Positions 14,801 through 25,355 of a stretch of DNA of 64,000 nt are shown here, piece by piece. A program made the position numbers and the translations under genes. How positions within the stretch are numbered: the first letter of the stretch is position 1; each line of letters opens with the position of its first letter. This stretch comes from Lingula anatina (taxonomy: Eukaryota > Animalia > Brachiopoda): assembly GCA_051362555.1 (NCBI GenBank), contig CM120642.1, positions 15,996,001 to 16,060,000 on the forward strand, given 5' to 3'. Below the pieces are notes generated by a model, which worked only from the letters and a program-made list of their open reading frames with translations, was not told the origin of the DNA and ran no database searches.

Positions 14801-16224
14801 TAAGATACTTAGAAAAATATTTGTTATTCTGAATATCTAAAATTACCTTCACTTTCTTCTTTGACTCATCCTCTTCTTGTTTCTTTGCAAAAGCTGTTAT
14901 CCAGTCTAGCTCTTAAGTAATCAAATTAATAATAATTACAAGTACTGTAAACATTCAATTTAAGTAAAAATCTAAGTCAGGACACAACAAATATTTAATT
15001 TTGGAACACGATATGATGTACTAGAACTGAAAATTAAGAATTTCATAAACAGATGTTGAGCATAAACATTATAATTGTTCTTGGTTCAAACACCTTTGTA
15101 AAATATTTCACCTGAATCTTTAGAGATCTGTTTGTTTCCAGACTGTTCAGCATTCTTTTCTTCCTCTTCCTCTGCTAACAGGACTTCCAGCTCTCTGCGC
15201 TGCTTCTCCTCAAAGTCTCTCAGCCAAGTGAGTGCACCACAGATCAAACTCAAAGATTTACCCTGAACAAAAACGAGAGTGAAAGGAACAACACAACAAA
15301 ATTATTGGAATTTGTTAATAGTGACAGCTAGTTAATATTTTTTTCCTGGCAAATATTGTAAGACTCTTTTTAACATTAAAAATATCTTTTAAAAACAGTA
15401 ATTCCTCTACATTACTGGTAATGTCAGAAAATGAAAAATAATAGAAAAAAATCCAATGGGAGGACTATAGACTTTCTGTGATCAGTTCCTACCGTGCCAG
15501 TGGGGCTCTCAAATATCCCAATCTTGCCAAGCTCCAGAGTGGTGTACAACTCCTTCATGAAGGCCAGCTGGATGGCATATGGTTCAAATGGAAACTGGAA
15601 GGAATCTGGGACATTCACCTGTTGATCTGACAGCTGGAGAGGGGAAGATTTGACTGCAGGTTTTGATAAGCCTACAAGAAATCCATCACATGTGGTAAGT
15701 TAGGTACAATCCTAGGTCAAACATGAACAAAAGATGGAAATGTCCACCCACTGTTTAGATAACCAAGTTATAATGCCATTTTTCCAATGTGTAATCAGTT
15801 AAGCATATTGCAAAGTCTTATTTGACAACTTGGTGCCTTTGGGATGTGGGCCTTATGGCAGAAAAGGGTACATAAATCATTATTCATTTCAGTCTTAGTT
15901 AAGCGTAAATCATTACTTCATCCATTTTATGAGAAAGGGATCCCCATGAAGCTTCTGGTTATTTTCTGCATATATTGACATGTTTATACAATTGCTAAAA
16001 CATAACCTGACTCAGTTTATGGTCTTACATGTACACGTTTCTGCGGTTAGTACCTAACATGCAAGACATTGAGCTCCTTGTTGAACTACTATATATTAAT
16101 ACTAAGTACCTGATTCATTTGCTGCATTCCTGGATGTTGCACCGTTCACAGATGATTCTTCAGTGTATTCTGACAAAGCTGCTAACAAGGCATCGTCTAC
16201 ATCGTCCTCAAAGTCTTCAAACAT
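7988..16224 (-). CDS. DDX11: ATP-dependent Fe-S DNA helicase DDX11/ChlR1 (5' 19 coding exons; 3' exons not found in window)
   Basis: Phase-consistent GT-AG exons: 16110-16224, 15493-15671, 15112-15262, 14847-14911, 14622-14708, 13974-14210, 13627-13734, 13173-13260, 12623-12732, 12362-12457, 11673-11825, 11137-11263, 10623-10774, 10315-10360, 10060-10146, 9402-9533, 8914-9026, 8424-8496, 7988-8091. The spliced protein has FPFEPYAIQ (Q motif), IFESPTGT|GKSLSLICG (Walker A), SEYHSDEE (EYE-like motif), [10 protein letters not shown], four Fe-S cysteines (NLCIN, DRCLE, SCPFY, ACPYY), IIDEAHNL (DEAH), [28 protein letters not shown] and FSCGHIVP. Confidence 0.95.
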
Positions 16225-16870
16225 GTCTCAAATACCACTACCACGGCATGAGACTGAAAACGAAATCGGCTGGGGAAATCGTGCTGCCCGCTGCTTGACT
16301 GTCAAGTACTCATTTGAGATATTTACCTCCAAGAGCCAGTATCGTCTTATTTCAGATTTTACAATATTCATATAAATATTTCAATTAAATTAGAAAATTT
16401 TGTATATATTTAGTGGTGTGCATTGGCAAATGACCACCAACCGTCGTTTAATGTCCGATATCTCAAGCCGTAATGTCGCAAAAGTTACAAGTACCCAGTT
16501 ACGGTATCACCAGAATGCGGAATTTTCGAAAGTGATAAATAATTTTGTGGGGTATTTATCGAAGGTTAATGACCCTTCATAAGTTTTTTCGGATGCAGTT
16601 CTTTATAAGGTAACGACAATCGATATGTTTTATGTGCATAAAGAATGGAATAGGGATTTGAATATTTAAGCATTTTGGGATCAATTTATTTCGAGTTTCC
16701 ACAGACCCAGGCTGCCATTGGCATGTTATGCATGTGATGTCTTGCTTCTCTCTCGTATATGCACCTTGGCTTTGCCATAAGTATGTCTCAAATGTGTATT
16801 CTACTGCTAACTGCCAAATACCATGATATTTCAATCAACATGACTTCAAACGCGAATAATTTAAGTTCAA
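16225..16870. promoter_or_regulatory. Probable bidirectional promoter shared by DDX11 and DDIAS
   Basis: The two start codons diverge about 1.07 kb apart. The region is locally CpG-richer, with ATTGG (CCAAT) at ~16422, CHR-like TTTGAA at ~16657 and TTCAAACGCGAA at ~16845. Candidate DDIAS 5'UTR donor (AG|gtaacg) at ~16610 and acceptor at 17210. Confidence 0.6.
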
Positions 16871-17292
16871 ATTTGTCTTTTGATGACTTTTATTCTGTGT
16901 GGAGCTGGGTATTTTATTCTTGTTTTAAAATCATCTGACGAAACGATTTTGGCAAGACAAATTTTTGGTACTTTTGCAATAACCGCTCCCCCCCCCCCCA
17001 TAAGTCTAAAGTCTAATTATCTAAATTCAATTATGTCTTGACTTTGATTAGTGTCTCTTTCAAATTAAGTGGGTTGGGAAGGCAGTGGTAAAGTACACAT
17101 AACTTATTATCAAAATATCTTTTAAGAATCATCTACTGGTTGCATCATTAAAAGCTGATTATGTAGCAAAATTTTAGCCATGTTAAAATATACAATCTTC
17201 TTCACCCAGGGGCCAAGTCTGCCAACCCAGCCACCAAGATAATGCCAGTGGCCACACCATACTCTACCATCCTGTGACAGGGACAGTATAGG

Positions 17293-20200
17293 ATGACCTC
17301 TGACCGGGTCCTGATCCTGGCCACTGTGACAGCAGTGAAGGACTGTGTGCTGTGCTACCCAAGCTGTTCACTGTGCAATAAGAGATTGTTGACAAGTTTT
17401 CAGAGTCAAAAGTAAGACTAAATAAATGTCTGAATATGGTACATACTAATGTGTTAAACGGTAGAAAATTTATGCTTACAACATCAAATTTGAATAAGCT
17501 TCATATTTGTCCTCTACACCTATATCTGCAAATTAAAAAAAAATATTCGGTGCCTTTTTGGCCATTGACAATAAAAGCTGATTTTACTGACTCTACCAGA
17601 AATTAGTGCTTCGTGGACAACAGGTTAATGGTTGTGCCCAACACTGTGACAATGACAGTATAAGAAGAAAGTGGGTTAAGCTTCTGGTTAGATCGCATTC
17701 TAACATTTCCAGGGGCAGATGGAGGCCATCGTCTGGATCTTTCAGAAGATGGTCAGAATCTTATGTTTACATTGACAGGCATCTAATATTTTTCTGTCAG
17801 AAGACGATCAAAATGGAGGATGGATCAACAAAGATAATTTGGAAAACTGTCAGAAAATGTATCTGGATCTTCCCCTGATTTTGACATAGTCTGAAATGTT
17901 AAACTTTATGTTATTTCAGGTTATGGTGCAGTAAGTGTTGTACTAGCTACACTGATCACAGCAGTGTCCAGAGGTTCAGGTTGTCACTGCATGTCACAGA
18001 TGATGACAGTACGACAGATGTCACAGTGTTTGGGAAGTGTTTGGAGGCAGTTGTTGGGGGAACAGCCAAGGACTACCACAAGTATGTCTTTTCTTAAATA
18101 AGCAGTGTATGTCAGAAATTTGTAAATCAATTTGAATTTGTGTGTTTTAATATAGATTTAAAGGGTAATTTTATGTTGCTTCAAAGCAAACACACTATAT
18201 GGCAGTAGAAGAAGCTTTTTGACCCACTAATACTAAAGAATAATATGAATTATTTTATCCTATATTACAGATATAAAACATGGCTTGATGACCAGCCGTT
18301 TCTTAAGTGTGAAGACTTAATCATGGAATCCCTGAAAAGATGTCTGGTGGGAAGGAAATTTTATTTTGGTTTCAAGATCAACCCTCTCAAAAGATCCCTT
18401 TCCCAGTGTCTGAGACCAGTGTCTCTGTCGGAGATTTTAGCTCAGCAGCAGTGGTGTAATAGAGATGCAGAGTTTTCAAAAGGACTGGTTGCTATTCAGA
18501 TTGTGGTAGTTGAACCAGAACAAAATCAAGCTTGTTTGGGTGAGACAGGGTGCAATACAGTTCTACAACATATGAAACAGGCAGTGGAATTTATTTTATT
18601 TCCAAATAAAAAGATCAACACTGTGACAGAACTAGGGACAGATGCTGAAGGTACAAGTGTGTCTGGAGAGCAGTCAGTCTTAGATATTTCTGCCATAGAA
18701 CCAGATGACAGTATACAGGGTGTTGATGGCAGGGCATATAACCAGGATTTGTATGAACTAGGCAAACCTGGCCATGCCAGTGAGAAAGTGTCAAATTCCA
18801 ATAGTTATATGTCTGGGATATCTGATTGTCATCTTGACAGTAATTCATGCAGTGGTCAGTCCAGCTTCCAGCCAAGTGGTCAAGTGAGTTATGGACAGAG
18901 CGACATTGTGATAAGTTGTTTTGAAGAGCACACCAGCAATTCTAACAAACTGATAACAGAAAGTACTTACTCAGATTTGGAGAAATTACAAAGCAATAGG
19001 TTGTCAGTTATTTTTGGAACAAAACCAAATGATGCTCAGGGATCTGCATCAACCCAGAAAGCTTATAAATGGAAACATTGCCATAATTCTAGCTCATCTG
19101 TGACAAAATCCATTTCTGGTAGAGATAATCTTTCATCTTTTGTTATGGATTTAGAAAGGCCTTTTGCAAAGACTGAAGATTCTTCCAGAAATGAGTCAGT
19201 TGAAGTAAATCTAAATATAGGTTCCAAAGTTTCAGACCCACCAGAAGAAATTCAAGATAAATTGTCTGTGTCGGACAGCAGTCTTTTATGTACAAGTACA
19301 GACAAAGATTCTTCTAACATTGCAGCATTTGTTAGTGATATTGAGGCTGTGAGGAATGGAACTTTGCTAGAACTGTCTCCTCTAGGACTAGGCAGTGTGT
19401 CAACCATAGTGGATGATGACCTAAGTGTTCAGAACAACAGCACCAAAGTACACCAGCTGCCTTACTGCGACATAACTGACCTTGAAGACAACACACAGAT
19501 TGATAGTGTAATAGCAAGTGCGTCACATTGTGGACAGCATGAGAATACAAAATTGTCCGCTTTGGGTCCTTTTAATCACAAATTGACCAAGGAAACTCAT
19601 AACTGCAGTTTCAATTCTCAGGAAGTATCACCCGAAAGAAATCCTGTTGGGATCTCAAAAGGTGTACTGCCAGACCACATTCCAGAGATGGACGATTCCC
19701 AAGAAGACAGTGAGCTTTATTTAGACTACTTCAAAAGTGCAATAAGGAAACCATCTCAGGCTGTGAGAACAGTAAAAAGAGAAGCCCACAAAGATGACAG
19801 TGGTCAGTTGAACATATTGACTGGTCAGGATACCACTCCTCCACAGGGAGCTTATTGTAGTGGACAGGACAGTGACCACACACAATCAGGAGGCGGCCAA
19901 AATGATGTTAGTGTTAAGAATTTGAAATGGCGTAAGCTAGGAGATCATGAGGTTCAAGTGGAAAGTTCTGTAGTGACAAACCATAGGGCAGTGAGTGGTA
20001 TGACTGGCACTGCACATCACCAGCAATCTGATCAGTATATTTGTACTAATCACAATCTCCAGCAATCTGATGAGAGCAAACAAACTGACCACTCAGTAAG
20101 AGAAACAAGACCATGCAAGGGCAGTGGCATGGAAAATAAGCCACAATTAGATACCATAGACAGATTGTCTTGTCTCAGTCAAATTGACCACTGCTTAGGC

Positions 20201-22591
20201 AGTGTACAGCAAAGTGACCATACCAGAGACACTGCAGACGCCGCCTCTGTTGACCACATAGTCAGTGGCCAGGGGAAGGATGACCATCTCACAGAGATTT
20301 ATGGCAGCTTTTACAATTCAGACAATGACAGTCAACTATTGTTAGCAGACTTGCATGACAGCAACTTCCACACCAGCTTTGATGTTCCATATTTTCAAAG
20401 TCAGTCTGTCCACCATAAAGACACTGGTACAGAGCATGTTGGTGTCACACACAGCAGCAGTGGTGTAGGTGGTGCCATTGCTGTGTATAGTGAAGACATG
20501 CCTTATTCAGAAGACTTAGACTGCTTTCTAGAAAATATGGTCAAAGGTCATGAAAGGGTGATTTCAAATGTGTCTGTTCACAAGCCAACATTGACTGATA
20601 AGAATAAAGAAGATGTCAGCTTGTCAGGACAGGAAACCGTCAGGACTGGTGTTTTGAAGGAAGAGGGAATGATGTCTAATTCCATTATGGCTGCACTGGA
20701 TGGCACATTTGGCAGTGTTTTGGGCGAGACAAAATGTGATTCTACTCCACTCAAAGTGGATGTTGTTCTGAAGTCTTCAGAGGCAAAGCCTGATTCCAAG
20801 ATGGGTGGATTCTCAAACTCAGGTTGTGTTGCTCTAGGGAGGAAAAGATATTCCTTTGATATACAGAAAACTCATTTTGATCCTGTGTCTGAGAAAACAA
20901 GGCAGCACTGTGATGGCATGACAAAACCACAGCACGGTGTTGATAGCTCAATTACAGACAATATACAGAAAGAGGAGGTGGCTGAATCAACAGAGCATAA
21001 AGAACATATCCCAGCAGATTGCTGCAGTGACAACTGTGCATTGTATGTGTCATGTGACCTGTTTGACTGTAGTGAAGAAGATAGCTTGATACTTAAAGTG
21101 GAAGAAAATGTCCATACCAGGACCTTTTCACCAGCTGAGAAAGTGGATGTAGACAGTAACATTAATTTGAGTAAATGTCCATCAGTGCAAAATGTTAGTT
21201 ATGCCCAATGGCAAGATGAGGTCAAGAAATCTAAGTCTGATCTTGTTTCACTGTATAGGAATGTAAAAAATGGTGCTGATATTGTGTCTATTGATGGCAA
21301 TTTAAATGGCCTCCATGCAATAGGCAATAACAAAGTTGATTTCAGTCATGGCAACCAGGTGGATGGGGATGACAAAGTTGACACCCATGGTCAATGTGAC
21401 ACTGTTAACACTGCAGAATATGACAGTTACATACCAGAAGATGGGTCTTGTGATTTGTTCCAGACCAACCTTGAGGATGATTCAGAATGTTTCCCAAGTC
21501 AGAATATGTCACACAATGATTTATTAGGAAACGGGACTGATCCGAAAGTCACTGATGGATCAAGAGAAAGAGAAAAGTCTCACTTTGTTTCAAAACCAAG
21601 TGAACCTGTTGTTGTTGTTGTTGAGAGTCAGTCCACAAGGGATTTATTAGACTCAGATGATGAAGCAGATAAAGATGAGCTACTCAGTGAAAAGGAAAAT
21701 ATCCCTGATACTTTGAGCATAAAGAGACCAAAGAAATTATGCCAATGTGTACGGTTTAGCAGGCAATGCAGCACAATACACTCCCTCCCTGGTTTAAACA
21801 CTAGTCCAAATTATTTAAGCCCTGACATTAAGGGTAGAGAACCCTTTAAAAATTGTCTTAAACATGGGTTGCTACAGCATTCAAATAAAAGAAGACTTTT
21901 AAATCAGACTAGTACTCCAAATATTGGTCATTACAGTGGCAGACACGTCAATGGACAGTTGCAGGGAGATCATGAAAGTTCTAACTTTCTGTCTCAGGCT
22001 GATTTATTCGCTGACAGTCCCATAGCAACAGACAGGGGTGACCTCAGCATCTTTACCGTGACCCCAGAAATTGTGAAACTGAAACTTATAAAGTGCAAAG
22101 TACAATCAGAAAATTTATGTAAATCAGGACATATTGCTGTTGAGTTGCCTTATTCAGCTTTAAAAAGGAAAAAATTAAGTACATTATCTGTGCATGTAAA
22201 CAGTGATTCAGTAGAGAGCCCCAGTGCACATGTTAAGATGAAGCCAGGAATGAACTGGAATCTGAACCAGCCTGTAGGGACATTGTGTACAAGGGAAACA
22301 TATCACAGTGATGAGAATAAAAGCAGAGAGAATCTAAATACCGAAGGTATGAATTCAAAATTAAATGTGCAGCTACAAAATATTGTCAAAAGGCAAAATA
22401 TGCAAAATGAAGGCCAAGATCCTACAAAACTTAAGACAGAACATAATACCTATGGTGATGCTGATGTCTCAGAAGATTTTATTCCAAGTTCACTTCCAGT
22501 GGATCTTAGTCATGTGGTGCAACATGAACATAGTTGTGTTTCATATTCCATCAGTCAGTCGGATATGTTTGATTCATATAACAATATCTAG
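17293..22591 (+). CDS. DDIAS: DNA damage-induced apoptosis suppressor (DDIAS/noxin)-like protein, ~1533 aa; N-terminal Zn-ribbon OB fold plus long acidic disordered tail
   Basis: Exons 17293-17411, 17920-18081 and 18271-22591 join in frame at GT-AG sites. The N-terminus MTSDRVLILATVTAVKDCVLCYPSCSLCNKRL...WCSKC...RFRLSLHVTD...VTVFGKCLEAVVGGTA...CLVGRKFYFGFK matches the RPA70C-like CxxC..CxxC OB fold of DDIAS. The single huge terminal exon fits the family. Confidence 0.88.
17710..17877 (-). mobile_element. ~160-bp CAGGGG-terminal MITE (hAT-like) in DDIAS intron
   Basis: CAGGGGC...CCCCTG termini; reverse complement of 40038-40195; flanks ATTTC/ATTTT. Confidence 0.75.
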
Positions 22592-23109
22592 GAATATCCT
22601 CATATGGCATAGGGACTGAATTGTGTTTTATAATTTATTTTCTTTTATCATTAAAATTAAATGAATACTGACTTTCACATTTGCAAGTATGAGTTTGGAG
22701 CATTTGTGTTGCATGTTTTGATCTTGAATTTAGAAAATGGGCTTTTATTCATTTTATTTAATTTATTCATATATTTTTAGTTTTACTTTGCTGGAAAAAT
22801 GTATTGCCACAAAAATTTGCATAGAAAAATAATTCATGTGTTGCATGTACAGAATTGCTTAATATTATGTACTCATTTATTTTATGCAAAATATAGCCCA
22901 ACTTGTTCAACACTTATACTGGTATTCCAAAAATCTTTAAATTTCATTTGCACTACTTTAAAATTTAGATTTATACATTATGATTCAGGCTTAGGCTTAT
23001 TACCTTTACTGCAAACAGAACACATATACATGTATTTCATAACTTATGGTTGTTAAAAAAATAATATGTGAATGCTTGTAATGGTTCAGTTTTTTAAAGC
23101 CATATCAAA

Positions 23110-23768
23110 ATGGTTTAATTTGCATCGTTTTGAAGACTAAGTGCAAACCTAGGTCATATGAGATATGGAATACACTTGGCTGACAAGAAGACATTCACAA
23201 CAAGTTTATTACTGAAGAAGATACAATGAAATATTTTAAAGAAGCACACTGTAGTTTCACACAATAATTACAAACAAGATAAATTTGACAGTCACCCAAT
23301 AATTCTGTGGTGAATAAGGAATGTATACAATTAAAAAACTGGAACTTGCTGTCATGTAATTAACAGTGATCCAATGTTTGTTCTCAAGCAGAGATCTATC
23401 ACAAAGAAATGACCTTGATTACATAATTATAGCATTTTAAATTGCATCATTTTAAAGACTAATTGCAAACTTTAGTCATATGCAATGCACAAGTCTAAAA
23501 AGCAAACACATCTACAATAAGTTTTAAAGAAGCACACTGTAGTTTCATACAATATTTACAAACATGGTAAAAGTGTAAATCACCCAGTAATTTTTTGGTC
23601 AAGAAGGAATGTAAACAATTTACATACTGGTACTTGGTGTCATGAAATTAACAATGATCCAATGTTTGTTCTCAAGCAGAGATCTATCACAAAGAACAGA
23701 CCTTGATTACATATTTTGAAGTACAGTATTTTCAATTGCATCATTCTGAAGACTAAGTGCAAACTTAA
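23110..23768. repeat. Tandem duplication, ~300-320-bp unit (2 copies plus start of a third)
   Basis: TTGCATC..T..AAGACTAA.TGCAAAC at ~23121, ~23442 and ~23736; GATCCAATGTTTGTTCTCAAGCAGAGATCTATCACAAAGAA at ~23368 and ~23656. Confidence 0.8.
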
Positions 23769-24110
23769 AGGGATAATAACTCTTCGTTTTGGCCAAAAAA
23801 TGAATTTTCCTGTTACAAGTTACAACAGTTTTGCCATACTTACCAATGGTTAATGAATCAATTTTTACCTTCAAAGTTAGTCCCTGGTTTTCTTTCTAAA
23901 AGGTTTTTTTCTTATAATCTCGTAAGAGATTATAACAGAGTATAGCCATCAATGGAGGCCGCGTGGTCTAAAGAAAAGCTCAGATTTTATTTTTATATAA
24001 AATATATATTTCTATGAGTTGTTCACAATGTTTTTATTGTGAAATATATATCCCATGCAAAGAGTTATTATCCCTTTAAGTGCAAACCCATGCAAAGAGT
24101 TATTATCCCT
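23769..24110. mobile_element. Kolobok-like MITE (TTAA target) with duplicated right end
   Basis: TTAA|AGGGATAATAACTCTT ... AAGAGTTATTATCCCT|TTAA; the right TIR occurs twice (ends at 24075 and 24110). Confidence 0.72.
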
Positions 24111-25355
24111 TTAAGTGCAAACTTAAGTCATATGCAATACACTTCTTTGAGATGCAAATATATATATAATATATGTAAAATTTTGATGAAATTACATTTT
24201 TAAGTAAAATTAAAAGTACCATTTCCCAGTAACAGTTGGGTAACATAAAAATATCTGTATATCCAGAGCCAAATAAAGAACTATATAATAATAATCCTAA
24301 TGCATAAAACGCTGACCTATTTAACTAGTCAATATTGTTTCATTATATGTATGCCTTCTCCAAACAATACTTGTATGTATACTGTCAATCTATGAAAGTA
24401 CAATGTTCTTGGAATGTGTTGTGTGTATATCATTTAACTTGTGTTCAGGTGTTAAACCATGGGAATTGATAAAATTTGATTCCTTTATTTTGATTGTGTT
24501 GTCTTATAGAGATATCCTTATAATGCAGTTACTACAACTCTTGAGTAAATTTTTATTATATAGCAGTTATTTTCTTTTCTTTCTAATGTACTTGTATCCC
24601 AGAAAAGTTTGTGGTATTACTTATATTAACAGCATTGATTATTATTATTATACCTAAGACATGTACACTAAAACTAGCCTATTCTGTTCTTAACAGTAAA
24701 TTGTATAAAAAAAGTGCAATATACATATACAATATAGAATATACAATATAGAATAGTATAATAGTAAGCTACATGTAGAAAATTTCTATCAGGACAATCA
24801 TCCCTGGACGTGGCAACAAAGTAGGTAGAAAACTGATACTGGATTTAAATTTGCATATTTCTTTCAAGATGTCTTATACAGCTATCCTTTTGATAACGTT
24901 AAATTGATGTTAAGTGTTTCAGTATAACATATCAAGTCACAATATAGATAATTTGAAGCTTGAAAAAATGTGGTAAATTTTGACTTGCCAATTTCTTGCC
25001 AAAATTGTCATTTATAAATCTTTTGGTTCTATTATAATGCAGGTAAAGTATAGAAATTCATTTTCAACAAAATAATAAAAAAACGTCATTAAAATATTGA
25101 AGACCTAAATTTAGAAATCATGATACGATTGATTAACATCTCATTCTAGAAAGATGTCTATCACCAGGCCTCCATAGTTTCTGCTAAAGAATGTACGTTT
25201 TGGGGTGTTATAAACTACATTAGACAATCCTTGGATATAAATAAAACATTTTATTTGTCCACGAATAACGTAAATTCTGTTTTAACGTAATGAGGAGCAT
25301 GCACTAATTTCTATCTTTCGCTAAGTCCAACATCAACAGCAAAAGTATGCTTTTT

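Noticed and set aside
18245-18270. ORF-track start MNYFILYY of the 1448-aa ORF
   Set aside because: Intronic polypyrimidine tract; the exon starts after the AG at 18270 and the real ATG is at 17293.
18526-22619. Short overlapping and antisense ORFs within the DDIAS exon
   Set aside because: Alternative-frame by-products of the long coding exon.
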